NCBI GenBank assembly: GCA_964016885.1
Contig: OZ024742.1
Coordinates: forward strand, 208,754,001 to 208,818,000
Length of the DNA stretch: 64,000 bases
Source: Eledone cirrhosa
Lineage: Eukaryota
Direction: 5' to 3'
Shown here: piece after piece, positions 27,339-39,724 of the stretch
How the letters are laid out: every line of letters starts with the position of its first letter
Position numbering within the stretch: the stretch's first letter is position 1
Program-made: the position numbers and the translations under genes
Notes under the pieces: generated by a model
Database searches by the model: none
The model's input: only the letters and a program-made list of their open reading frames with translations
Told to the model about the DNA's origin: nothing

Positions 27339-28330
27339 TAGCAGTGGAGCCTGGCCTTGCATGGGATTGGAAAAATTTAACTTCAAAAGTGTATTAACAC
27401 GTATAAATAAAAAATAAAATATGATTGTGAATTGCCCACATGGAGCGGAAACATAGGTTGTAGTTTGTACCGTGCTATTTTGGTGAAAAAATAAACCAGT
27501 AACACCTGGTGTTATTGTTGCTAACCGTTGGCGGGGACTTTTCAATAGATCCCTTCTGACTCTTTTTCACCAATTAAGCTTTTTCTGGTACAGCCGATGT
27601 CTTATGAAATGCGCCCTTTATACTAAACATCTGTGAATCACGTGATATGCCAGTGGGGAAAAATAATAAACCTGCACGGACCTAGCAGAAACCATGCAAT
27701 TGAAGTGGCCGTTTGACTTGATTTCTGCTGCTAGAGGCTACAGTAGGCACAACACCTAACATTTTATGAGTAAAAAATATTAAACGGAACACAAAGCATA
27801 ATTGGTACAAATTTGAATAAAATCGGCCGCAAACTGTAGAAGTTATTAACGTCGATACTTTTTTAATTTAGTTTTTCTAGCACAGGGCCCAAATTAGATA
27901 AAAAGTCGAAAAATTGGTTAGTCCAAAATAAGGTTTGGTACATGAGGCAAAGTTGTTCCAAATTTGAAGGAAATCGGTCGCAAACTGTAGGCGTTATAAC
28001 AATGCGGATATTTTCGATTCATTTTTTTCTACTCCATGGGAAGCACTAAACAAAATGTTATGAGTCCAAAATAAAGTCGGGAACATAATGTATGTTTGGT
28101 CTAAATTTGAAGGAAATCGGATGTAAACTGTAGAAGTTATTGACATGAATTATTTTCTTGAGTCGGTTTTTCTCTTATAGAGGACGCAGTAGACACAAAT
28201 TTGAAAATGTATAGAGTTCTTAAGAAGGTCAGGAGCATAACGCATTTGTGCGCTAAAATTGCAGAAAATCGGTTGCAAGTTGTAAAAATTATGCAGATAC
28301 AGACACACACACACATAGTCTATTTTATAC
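27338..28330 (-). mobile_element. Probable non-autonomous Helitron-like element with internal subrepeats
   Basis: 3' CTAG at 27338-27341 preceded by a GC-rich imperfect hairpin. Motif aaatttgaa(g/t)(g/a)aaatcgg..aaactgtag repeats at ~27810, ~27960 and ~28104. Confidence 0.55.
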
Positions 28331-28341
28331 ACACGCACACA

Positions 28342-28479
<138 letters not shown>

Positions 28480-28484
28480 TACAC

Positions 28485-28521
<37 letters not shown>

Positions 28522-28644
28522 ATGTAGTATAGCGTTATTCGAAGGCTACAAGCTATGCAAAATGGACGGCTGATTTTGCTATAAATTGAGGGCATCGAAG
28601 AAGGTTTATTATCGGAATAATCGAGCACTATAAATCATGGTTTC

Positions 28645-28795
28645 TGATTTTGGCACAAGGCAACAATTTTGGAGGAGGAAAAGTCGATTAAATTGATTCC
28701 AGTAGGTTACTGGTGCTTTATTTCATCCTTACCCCGTAAGAATTGAAGGCAAATCGATTTTCTGCCGGATTGATCTCAGAACGTAAAGGGCCAAA
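28645..28795 (-). mobile_element. Diverged tRNA-SINE copy
   Basis: ttttggcacaagg...ttactggtgctttatttc...ccccgtaag...gaaggcaaa. Confidence 0.65.
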
Positions 28796-28819
28796 GTTCA
28801 TCGTTCAAAGTTCAAATAA

Positions 28820-29390
28820 TAATAACAATAACTATTTCTTTATTAGCCACAAGAGCCGACACATAGAGGAAAATATCAAAAACAGGGAGAGTAGGGGTTA
28901 TATATAATCGTGTACAAAAAAGACAATAAAATACATAACAATGAATATTCCCCAATACATGGAGTAACACCCTGGGGCGATCAGGAACCCCACCTATCCT
29001 GAACCACCCTACTCTTCAAGAACACACTCGGAGGGCACCCCTCAACTTTCGAAACTATCCACCCTACAGTCGCATGGCCAGAGTGTGCCAAGTCACACGG
29101 GCCGTCATCAATAAATTCACCCACATTTTTACAAATTTACAGGTGGCAGCACTTCCCTCTCTACCCTCAACTTCCTTTATAAGAGAAACTTGAAACAGTT
29201 TTATGAGGGCTTAGTCGAAGAGCAGAGGATAAATACCTGCCATTCCCATCCAAGAGAAGGCGGCGGGTGGGTCTTCATGATAGAATCAGTCCATAGCTGG
29301 ATCCGTCCTACACGTAATAGCCGTTGTTCGAGACAACTCCACAAATCAGTTCCCTCGTTTCTTCTTCATGTTTCACGTTGAAGAAATGAT
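28820..29390 (-). mobile_element. Diverged Tx1/L1 3' fragment
   Basis: Tail ttctttattagccacaag; segments such as cacttccctctctaccctc resemble 20575-20600 and 62780-62800. Confidence 0.6.
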
Positions 29391-29624
29391 CTAATACCAT
29401 TTTCCCCGCTAGCACGTCGGCTGCAATGCCACTAATTTAGCTAACACCGCTTTCTCACTATTTCATTACTAAAGGCTAATAATATCTCTTCAGAACAACT
29501 TACCATCAATTGTTGACGCCTCCGCTTGTCAGCGATTGCAAATCCCACACAATCTCAGCTTGCGTCTAAGATGCCCTCCCAGTCCCCCGCCCACAGTAAA
29601 GAAGAAGACGTCCCAGGAAATAAT

Positions 29625-29802
29625 TGTTTCTACTTTTGGCACAAGGCCAGCAATTACCCAGTGCATTACTGGTACTTTATTTTATCGACCCCGTAAGGAT
29701 GAAAGGCAAAGTCAACCTCGGCGGGATTTGAACTCAGATCATAAAGGGACGTAACTATGCTGGAAAGCATGGCGTCCGACCCTCTACCGATACTGCCAAT
29801 CC
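29625..29802 (-). mobile_element. tRNA-derived SINE
   Basis: A box TGGCAGTATCGG, B box GAGTTCAAATCC, conserved core. Confidence 0.88.
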
Positions 29803-29879
29803 TCGGAGTGCAGACAACCTCTACTGTAGAGGCTCCAACTTTACTGATGCTCACGTCCAGGGTCACCAGATTACCATCC

Positions 29880-30110
29880 GAATCATTGCTACTCTGCTCC
29901 CAATGCCAAGCTGACTAAGTCATGCAAAACTCTCTAGTCGTCAACGATAGGCGCAAGACGTGCGGATTGGAAATCCTAGTCTCACTCACAGCAGTCACAT
30001 CCACATTTAGTGACCTAAGGTCGTTCAAAAAGCGTCCTTCCTTACAGGACGACTCCAAATCACGAAACTGTATGTATTCCACACTTATTACAGCCATGTT
30101 ACCAGCTTAA
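29880..30110 (-). mobile_element. LINE AP-endonuclease N-terminal fragment (Tx1/L1-like)
   Basis: GRFLNDLRSLNVDVTAVSETR, the APE D-x-x-x-x-x-E-T motif. Confidence 0.6.
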
Positions 30111-30844
30111 AGAGAAAATAAGGCTACTTACCCTGCGCGTGCTGTTGGAGTTCGGGTGGCGTTGCCTTTGGGAACCCATTTAAAAGCCTAATGGGATCTC
30201 TCAAATTAGGTATTCTTATGTTGTGCGGAAAGCTTTCCATAATGCTTTTATAAACACCCAGTAACATTCGTACTATCAGTAAAGATTCACGTACTCTAAA
30301 TGTTCTGGTTCCAAAAATCTTCCCATCTTTTTCAATCACTACTTTGTGCTGTGAGGGCCATCACTTCTCCGTTGGCCCTTCTTACTAGCATGGATTTCTT
30401 TGTATGATGTGTTGTTTGCTGTTAATTTTGTGCTGGTATTTTTTCTTTTGGTAGTGTTTGGTTCTGGTTGTGGTAGTGTTGATGGTAATGTGTTTTTGGG
30501 TTTGTGTCGATGTGTGTTGGATGTTTTCTGGAGTGGATGTTGGATTTTTCACTGTCTTTCCACATCCCGGTCAGGTCTTAGTTTGAGTGCACCTACTACA
30601 CTTCTACACCCAAGTCAGAATTATTCTGGCTAAACCATTTAAAATATCTAGGACGCCTATGAAAGGATTAATGGAAATATGAAAGGTTGTTCTTAGAGAC
30701 ACAGATACCATTATTTCCCTTGCAATCCACTGGCATTGGATATAACGGAAAGAATGCTTAGTTAGTTTCGCTACAAAGAAAAGAAGCAAAACAATAATAT
30801 TAGGAAAGAAGATTAAACTAAATCCTTATTAGATATTGATTTTT

Positions 30845-31050
30845 GATTTAGGCACAAGACTAGCAAAGTTTTTTGGGGAAAATAACGATTTAATCGACCC
30901 AGTTCGTTAGTGGTACTTTATTTTATCCATCCCGTTAGGATGAAAGGCAAAATTAACCTCGGCGGGATTTGAACTCAGAACGTAAAAGGCCGTAATTATA
31001 TGCTACAAAACATGTTGTCCGACGCTCTACCGATATTGCCAACCCACTGC
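30845..31050 (-). mobile_element. tRNA-derived SINE
   Basis: Same family core and B box. Confidence 0.85.
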
Positions 31051-32891
31051 TCTTATTCTGATTAGATATTAACATCTGTCCTTTCACTTTCTTGGCTGAG
31101 AACACTGGGCCAATTTATGAACATAAACAAGCCAATTTAGAAACTAAAATAGAGAAATTTAGAACAGAATATTTTCTGAAATAATTCTGTTAATTTGAGA
31201 TAAATTGGGCGGGGGTAGTTGGCGGTTGTGGTAGTGAAGAAGAAGAAGAAGAAGAAGAAGAAGAAGAAGAAGAAGAAGAAGAAGAAGAAGAAGAAGAAGA
31301 AGAAGAAGAAGAAGAAGAAGAATATAATAACTGTGGTATTTACATAGGAAGATGATATGAAAGAAGAAAGAAATGTTAAGAGAAGGCTTGGATGGTCATT
31401 GTTTAGATTTTGCGGAATGGAGTGTTTAAAACAAACATAAGATTCGTCACTTCACACCGAAAATAATACAAAACTCACTTTATTAAATAGCTGGGAAAAC
31501 CAAAAATTGTCGCTGAAATTCTGCTTGCAAAACATTTTCTTCAAAGGGAAAAGGAAACTGATTCGAGGCAAATGATTATGTATGATAGATCTGAAGTAAT
31601 TAAAGTAACTATAAAGTAAGCATTGTAAATGAGATTTTAAGGGAAAAAATAAGAGAGATAAAATCAATAAATTCTTTGAAGAAGAAGAAGAAGAAGAAGA
31701 AGAAGAAGAAGAAGAAGAAGAAGAAGAAGAAGAAGAAGAAGAAGAAGAAGAAGAAGAAGAAGAAGAATGCTAGTGATACTGGAAGGAAGATTAAATAGCA
31801 TAATTAAGGGGTGATAGTAACTGAAAAGCGTTCGGGGGTTGGCCAATAGATTTGAAAGAATCACTTGTATAAATATATTTTTCCTTTCATCTATTTATAC
31901 GTTCAAATCTGTCTAGGGAGTACCAGAGCTGCTTCAGCTCAACAATTTCAAACATGTTGTCCATGGTAGTGCTAGCAAGTGTTGTAACAACAGTTGTACA
32001 AATATACATACAAAGATTGTCATTGATGTTCTTATTTTAGCATATATGTTATAAAAGGCATTTCAGCTGTAAACGGTAGTGTATGAATTAAGGAGAATTT
32101 GTCTGCTATTTCAACAAATGCAGGCTACAAAAATAGCGAAAATTTAATAACATTATGAAATTGAATGTTTTACAAATGGTATGGCAATAAAAAGTATTAC
32201 TTATGATAAGTCGTTTCGTGGTGTATTCAACAATTAAAGGCCGAAAAAATTGAAAGGCAAATTGAAAGGCAAGACAGAGATTTTGCCATGCAGTGCAGTT
32301 TAAACCATTTAGTACCATTAAATTTATTTGTAAACGGTGAATTAAATCCCTCAGCTCTTCAGAGTTTTAAAGAAACATTACAGTCTACTGATATAATTCA
32401 TTTTATATCATTTGACAAACTCTCAATTATAAAACAATTTATAATGGGCAATCAAAGGGGAGATCCAGGAATTACATAGAGGACAACTAACTTTGACACT
32501 TAAAAGCTGCTTGGTCATCAATATATGGTTGTCCAATATGCGCCAGATGCGTGTCCGATGCTCATTACCGGTTTTATCATTTTATTCCGTAATATTTTCA
32601 AAACAAGCAATACAGTACAATGAACATAAATATTACTGTAATGCTTGATACAATACGAAAAGAATCTTAACGTTTCGGACGCTAGTACTTCATCACAAGA
32701 CAGAATACGAAATAAAAGAAGAAATAAAAAGTTAGAGGAGTGTGAGAGGAGAAAGAAACCCCAAAAATATTTTCGGAGGAAAAGCACGTAAGTGTTCAGT
32801 CAGTAAATATATACACACACACAAAGATATACATATGTGTTATATATATATATAACATATATGCACACACACACATACACACACACACACA

Positions 32892-32946
32892 TTACTCTTT
32901 TACTCTTTTACCTGTTTCAGCCATCCGTCTGAGGCCATGCTGGGAC
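32892..32946. mobile_element. Fragment of a second octopus-like SINE end
   Basis: ttactcttttactcttttacctgtttcagcca...ggccatgctgg, recalled from octopus repeats. Confidence 0.45.
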
Positions 32947-33025
32947 ATATATATATATTAGAATTGATGCTCTGAAATAGTGATATTGTTTTAAAGTAGC
33001 GACATTCAATAAAAATCCAACACAT

Positions 33026-33120
33026 AATTTTCGGCAGACAGGGAGAGTGGTGAGTTTTGATAAGTACCAACAAGTACGAAACAGAGCTGTCAAATTATCT
33101 CCCTCTGTCTGCCGAAAATT
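33026..33120 (+). ncRNA. Type I HHR with extended stem I, U3-A8 core (copy 1)
   Basis: ttttcggcagacagggagagtggtgagtt-TTGATAA-gtac(caacaa)gtac-GAAAC-agagct-GTC-aaattatctccctctgtctgccgaaaa. Confidence 0.85.
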
Positions 33121-33344
33121 TAAGTAAGCGACAATGTCGTTACTTTAAAACAATAGCGTGTGGTCTTCAAAATGCTTTTAATTAAGCATACAGTGTATTG
33201 CAAAATACACTATATATACATTCATATATATATCGCTATTTCAGAGCCCCAATTCTAATTTTCAATTCCTGGTGGGCCGGCGACCGCTCTGTAAAATCGG
33301 TTCCTGATTGTTACTGGTATTCTATAAGAATCCAACACACATCA

Positions 33345-33435
33345 TTTTCGGCAGACAGGGAGATAGTGAGTTTTGATAAGTACGAAAAAGTACGAAACAG
33401 AGCTGTCAACTTATCTTCCCCTGTCTGCCGAAAAT
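33345..33435 (+). ncRNA. Type I HHR with extended stem I, U3-A8 core (copy 2)
   Basis: ttttcggcagacagggagatagtgagtt-TTGATAA-gtac(gaaaaa)gtac-GAAAC-agagct-GTC-aacttatcttcccctgtctgccgaaaa. Confidence 0.9.
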
Positions 33436-33568
33436 TTAAGTAAGCAACAATGTCGCTACTCTAAAACAATAGCGTATGGTCTTCAAAATGCTTTTAATTA
33501 AGCATACAGTGTATTGCAGAATACACAATATATACATTCATATATATATATATATATATGTATATAAA

Positions 33569-33646
<78 letters not shown>

Positions 33647-34252
33647 AATATATTACACAAATAGAAGTGTGTTACACAGTGAAATGTGTGTAAAGGATTA
33701 TTATAAGTGATTTTTACCGTTACTGTATAGAAAACAAGCAATTAAATAGAAAGAAAACCTAAGTCAGAATAAAATTACTGAAGTAGAGTTTTAAATTACT
33801 AACCTAATAACTATAAGTTTGTTGATACGAATTAAGTTCGTTTCGCCACAGAAATGTGCAGTTTAACAGACACAGGTTCATCAGTCAGTAAATGTGGATT
33901 CTGTTTACTACACATCTAGCCTCATGGATAGAGAGAAAGCTAATATACACGCTGCCCAGTGTAGGGCAAAATAACGTGTTATTTGCATCAAATAATGGTT
34001 CTCATGGATTGAGAAAATGCTAGAGAGAACAGCCCAACCATTCGAATTTATTTTCACTATGTAACACATTTCTATTTGTGTAATATATTTGTATTCGAGC
34101 TCAGAAGAAAATTCTCTATTCTTTTTTGAGCTAATATTATTATTATTACTGTGAACTGTGGAATACTCTTAATTCCGATCCTTATATATATATTAGGAAG
34201 TGAGTTTTCTTTACAAAATGAACAAAAACGAGGTGTCCTACACGAGTAAAAG

Positions 34253-35886
34253 TATAAGGAAAAAATATGAAATCGAAAATGCAACTGGAGACTTTTTTAT
34301 TTAAAATATATTTATTTGGTTCCTTTACCGGATTCGCAGTTCTTGTGCTTTTCAAAAGTAGAATTGAGATGGATGGTTTGTGGTTTTTGTCGCATCTTGC
34401 TGGTGTTCGAATGTTACTTCTGTTTTATATGGAAAAAAGTGGCTCGAAATGCTAGGTTTTTAGAAAAGTAATTTTTGTTGGTTGATGACTGTCATGTGTA
34501 TATGTATAATAAACTTCGCGCCAGTTCGCGTTACAAGTACTTATTATATTTTAAAAAAGTGTGTGTTCAGATTGTTTTTTCATATATGAGAGAAATTTAG
34601 TTGGTTGATGCAGTCACGTGAATAAGCACATCAGCTTTCACGCCAGTTTGTTTTGGAATTTCTTTTTACTTAAAAAAAGTGACTCACGAAGGCTTTTTTT
34701 ATAAATGTAATTTGATTGGTTATAAATGAAATCATGACTGTCACGTCAACAAGTACATTGAATATCGTGCCCGTATTTTGGTATTTTTGTGTAGCCATTT
34801 AGAGAATTTTGTGCCAAACAAAAGATAATGGTCAAGAAAAAAGGGATGGAGAGAATTGTTCTGTTTCAGTGAGCATGGCTGACGTGCTGAAATGTAATTT
34901 GATTGGTCATAAATGAAATTATGACTGTCACGTCAACAAGTACATTAAAATTCGCTCCCGTATTTGGGAATTTCTTTTGTAGTCATTTTGAGAATTGTAT
35001 GCCAAACAAAAGACAATGGTCAAGAAAAACGGTTCAGTGAGTATGGCTGATGTGCTGGAGTGTCAAAATTCAGACTTTCTATTGAAATAAAGAAAGTAGA
35101 AATATGTATGTTTATTTGTGTGCTGGTGTGTGTGTGTGCCTGAGTGTGTAGGAAGATGATTCTATTTGTAGAAATAGGGGAGGGAGTTGTGTGTGTGTGT
35201 GTATGGGTGTTACATCTGTGTGTGTGTGTATGTGTGTGTGGGAGTATGGTTAGCATGTTAAGACGGAGAGAATATATATTTGTGTGTGTGTAGGAAAATG
35301 ATTCCGTTAGTAGAAATGGGGGAGGAAGTTATGTGTGTGTGTGAAGGGGTGTATGTTTAGCATGTTAAGGTGTTAGAGTATTAACGTATGTTAAGGTTTA
35401 TTTAGCTCTGTTTTTTATTTTATAATATAGAAGGTTTTATGTGTGTGTGTATGTGTCTGTTTGGATGGTGAGTATGTTATGGTGTTGATATAATGTATAT
35501 TAAACTATATTTAGTGCTGGTCAATATTTTTGAATAAACATATTTTCCTTATTTATTCGTATTTGTTCTGTTCTATTGTCAGCGCAAAGATAAAATGGGA
35601 AGACTTGGAATTTGGGTGTCTTGCGCATATGTCTAGATACCACTCAGTGCACATCTAGACATATGGCAGATACCACTCAGTGCACATCTAGACATATGGC
35701 AGGTACCACTCAGTGCACATCTAGACACCAACCAGATGCGAGAACCAACCAGATGCGAGTAAAACCACAAATCCTCCATCTCAACTCTACTTTTGAAAAG
35801 CACAAGAACTGCGAAACCGGTAAAGGACCCAAATAAATATATATAAAAAAAAAGACTCCAGTTTCATATTCGATTTCATCTTTTTT

Positions 35887-35893
<7 letters not shown>
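34253..35893 (+). mobile_element. Non-coding element with ~140-bp inverted termini containing HHRs and internal tandem repeats
   Basis: 34253-34390 is the reverse complement of 35760-35893. Internal ~185-bp duplication (34705/34892) and a 33-bp unit x3 at ~35635-35727. Confidence 0.75.
35788..35826 (+). ncRNA. Minimal type I HHR, U3-A8 core
   Basis: ctt-TTGAAAA-gca(caagaac)tgc-GAAAC-CG-GTA-aag. The inverted copy at 34322-34360 has GAAT. Confidence 0.75.
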
Positions 35894-35958
<65 letters not shown>

Positions 35959-35984
35959 ATGTGTGTGTATGTGTGTGTGTAAAT

Positions 35985-36600
35985 TTATATAAACTTAATT
36001 ACTTTGATAAGTTTTGGCCAGTATTGGCCCAGGCTATGTCTAACTTGATAGCACCACCTGGCAAATTGGTGACTTATATTCAACAAAGAGAAACACATTA
36101 CTTTCCTTTAGTCTTTTAAATCAACATTTGGGCACCATGGCCCACTCAAGAAGGAGTTATTGTTTGCGGACACATATCCGGGTGTAGGAGGTTTATCCGG
36201 GGTTTCTTGAAGGAATTTTTCCAAAGACTTCTTGAACTTTATGGGGTCTTTTAATGTGTTTTGGTGTAATGTTAAAGAGAGTGGGGCCAATTGAGGTGAA
36301 ATAATAGTGCCCTATGTGGATATGGGATGCGAGTTCGATTTTAGTTGTGGGTGGATAGTACGCGCCCACGCCTTGGGTGTAGTTTAAAGGTTATACCAAC
36401 ATCATTTGGGCGATGCTGATGGAATATTTTCCACATAATGCAGATAATGTAGCGCTCACGGCGGCGTTGGAGAGAATAAAGTTTTTCTAGTGACACCATT
36501 GTCAAGGCCTGATATACCGTCTATCTTTTTCGTGATTAACCTTTCAGGATCTCCAATCCTCATGATACTTTGTTTCGTGTGGTGAAACCAAAGTGGACAA
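35985..36600 (-). mobile_element. CR1-like LINE 3' fragment
   Basis: LYSLQRRRERYIICIMWKI and FKKSLEKFLQETPDKP..PGY. Confidence 0.75.
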
Positions 36601-36622
36601 CAGTATATATAGGTATATATAT

Positions 36623-36787
<165 letters not shown>

Positions 36788-36789
36788 TA

Positions 36790-37697
36790 TGTTGTTATAC
36801 TTTGGGAGGGTCATGCTACCAATAAAAGCACTCGCACCTGTTGATTTTCACTTCACTTTATTATGTCTTCGGTTGGTTGGTTGGTTGGTTGGTTGGTTCG
36901 ATAACCATACCGATTTCAAAGATACCCATTTCGAAGATCCCCCTGTGCTGATAGGAAATGCATTGCCTGTAAGCTTAGCCCGCAAACTAACTCTAAAACT
37001 AGGAACGTAGTATATAGCATAATATGTAGTGAGGGACAGTGTAGGAATAAGAATATAACATACATATATAAAACAGCCTGTAGCATAGGAAAAACGATAA
37101 TTGAAGACTGGCGAGAACTCCAGATGGAAAAAAAACTCATCGGTACTCCACCAACATGCTAAAATAGAAAATATTAGAGAACATAGAGATGAAAATGTTA
37201 TCCACACACAGAAATGATGCATTGCTCAGAGAAATCACAGAGGCAACAAATATAAACGAACTCCAACAAAAATTAAACAGAAGACATGTGTGGAATAGCA
37301 ACATCACAACTAGTAATTAAGAAGAAAATGAAGACATACAGACACATACATAAACCAAACTAACAAATCAAATCAGACACAAACAGATAGAACAACCAAC
37401 TAGTGAAAAGTAAATAAGCACATAAATATATAAATAAAAAAATATACACCCGGATGTAACGCATACGCAAACTAAGCACACAATACATAAAAACAAGATG
37501 GTGTAGGGCAGAACAAAGGAGGGATACAAAATAAAAACCTAGTCACACATAATGTGTGACGAAAGAGCTTTGAAAATATAGAAACAACCATCCGGTTATC
37601 GAACCAACCAACCGGAAATTTATAATAAATTGAAGTGAAAACCAACAGGTGTGTGTGTTTTTATTTGCAGCATGATCCTCCCAAAGTATAACAATAT
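36790..37697 (+). mobile_element. Truncated PLE (decayed GIY-YIG) with inverted terminal repeat copy at the 5' end
   Basis: 36790-36907 is inverted relative to 37593-37697. Peptide traces SSVLHQHAK resemble the 26569-26853 ORF. Confidence 0.7.
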
Positions 37698-37730
37698 CTG
37701 TTTCAACACACGTTTTCTCTTATAAAAACG

Positions 37731-37795
<65 letters not shown>

Positions 37796-38487
37796 AATAT
37801 AGATTTAGAGAGAATCGCATTTCGGTGGGTAGAAAAGGCGAAACGAAACGCAAAAATCAGAAATAATGCTGGCAAGCGCTCCATAGTTAAAAAACAGAGC
37901 TAAACAATACAATATGTTAAACCGCCATACAAAACTGAAAAAGTGGTCAAGAAAGCATCAACAACCTAAGGCAAAAAGCAAATCAAGCTAAGTAGGTCAA
38001 AACAAAATAAATGATGAAAAAACAATTATGCTTTCAGTCATTAGAATGAAACTATCGCTGGGCCTATCTTGCTTTCAGGGAAATTAACCTTATTGATTGC
38101 AATACTTCTATCATTCAGGTTCCTTTTCTTATTGATCAAAATTTACCGAACCGCTTGTATGGAACATAATTAAACAGTGACTATAAGATCTCTCTCTCTC
38201 TCTCTCTCACACACGCACACACTTCTGCACATACGTGTCCGCATACGCACGCAGTTACATGTATATATATATATATATATATATAAGTATGTATACGTAC
38301 ATACATATATGTATACAGACTTACAGTAGTATGTATATATATACATGCACACATATATATATATGTACATATGGATATAGCGAACATTTATTATAATGCT
38401 CGGTGTGTTTGTAAACAAACATCCCGAATTAAGCCGTACAGTGTTTAGCAACCATCGTTGCTCTTTTGTTCAACACTGACAAAGGAT

Positions 38488-38529
38488 CGATGTACTAGTT
38501 TCAAGCTCATTAGCTATCGTCAGCACCGT
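38488..38529 (-). ncRNA. Minimal type I HHR
   Basis: Reverse complement: cggtg-CTGACGA-tagct(aatg)agctt-GAAAC-TA-GTA-catcg. Confidence 0.85.
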
Positions 38530-38653
38530 ATACCTTCCTGCCAGATGATTGAACGTCCGAAAGTATATACTCACTCGATATGCAAATTAGGCTGCTCAGC
38601 CGTTAATATGCATAAGGAAAGTATATACGTTCAATCTTCTGGCAGGAAAGTAT

Positions 38654-38696
38654 ACGGTGCTGACGATAGCTAATAAGCTTGAAACTAGTACATCGT
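38654..38696 (+). ncRNA. Minimal type I HHR
   Basis: acggtg-CTGACGA-tagct(aata)agctt-GAAAC-TA-GTA-catcgt: 6-bp stem I, palindromic ACTAGT. Confidence 0.88.
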
Positions 38697-38860
38697 TCCT
38701 TTGTCAGTGTTGAACAAAAGAGCAACGATGGTTGCTAAACACTGTACGGCTTAATTCGGGATGTTTGTTTACAAACACACCGAGAAATATAAATGTTCGG
38801 TAAATCCATACGTACATATATATATGTGTGCCTGTATCTGTATATATATATATATATATA

Positions 38861-39465
38861 TAGGAACCAGTAAGACCCCGACAGCTGAGCTCAAGCCGTT
38901 TCGACGGCTAATTCTGGACTAAATGAAAATTTATCCTGGTATTTAAATAGCCGATCTTCTCAAGGGGTAATTCCATATATGGTCAAAGTGATTGTCAAAA
39001 ATCAGTAGTAATTCTGTGGTTGCAAATTAGTAGGGGAGATGGTGGCTAAACCTGCCAGTAGGAGAAAGAGGGGAGGGGGTGGAGTAGACCCAATCAAGCG
39101 TTGGTAGTGCCAGCTACAGCTGGGCATGAGGTCAAAGAAGATACAGGGGAGGGGGAGGAAGTCGGAACGGTAGGTAGAACAATGGGGGGGTAGAAATAGG
39201 AAAGAAAAAATACTGAGAGTGAAGAAAAGCAAATAAGTGTAAAGAAAAAAGTAAAGTAAATTAAATTCTACGACCTAGGTGTCAGGCTATTGTTAGGCGA
39301 GAATAAAATAAAGAAAGAAAGAAAGAAGTAAATAAATAAATAAATAAATAAATAAAGAAATAAGTAAGAGAACTAGGTGGGACGGATAAGGCAAGGACCC
39401 TTTTAAGAGGTATAAGTACGTAAATGATACGGTGACGGGTCAACAAAAGGGGCCAAAATACTAAT
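38861..39465 (-). mobile_element. Solo 3' UTR/pLTR of the Naiad family at 5925-8560
   Basis: Reverse complement matches ~7935-8560. Confidence 0.85.
38875..38968 (-). ncRNA. Type I HHR, U3-A8 core
   Basis: Reverse complement: acccc-TTGAGAA-gatcggcta...tagccgtc-GAAAC-ggct..agct-GTC-ggggt. Confidence 0.82.
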
Positions 39466-39724
39466 ATATGAATATATGAATTACTTCAAGATGAGAGCAG
39501 ATGCAAATAGCTAGCATCAATCAAACATGACTCGTTGTTAACTTTTACAGAATGGTTCAATCATTGCAATTTTGATATACATTTCACTCTATCCATATAT
39601 AATATACAGGACATTTCGACATTTTTGTCAGTGTAAATCATATAAATCGCAATGAGATAATAGAATAGCTTTAAAATAATGCTTTTCCCATAAAAACGTT
39701 TAATTCCTGCGAAAAGAATTCATG

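Larger units (their letters stand above)
32955..33550 (+). mobile_element. Retrozyme-like element: two ~215-bp direct repeats with HHRs, 316-nt monomer
   Basis: Repeats ~33012-33230 and ~33328-33545. The 5' segment 32958-33006 is made of inverted copies of internal sequence; (TA)n flanks; non-coding. Confidence 0.85.
38330..38845. repeat. Fold-back of ~220-bp arms, each with an intact HHR
   Basis: Arms ~38330-38550 and ~38630-38845. Confidence 0.85.

Noticed and set aside
35635-35727. 33-bp repeats as a CRISPR-like array
   Set aside because: Contiguous tandem units without unique spacers, in a eukaryotic context with no cas genes.
37545-37590. HHR-like GTGACGA-aagagcttt-GAAA (also ~18357-18395)
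   Set aside because: G3 without a compensating C8 and poor stems I and III; at best a remnant.
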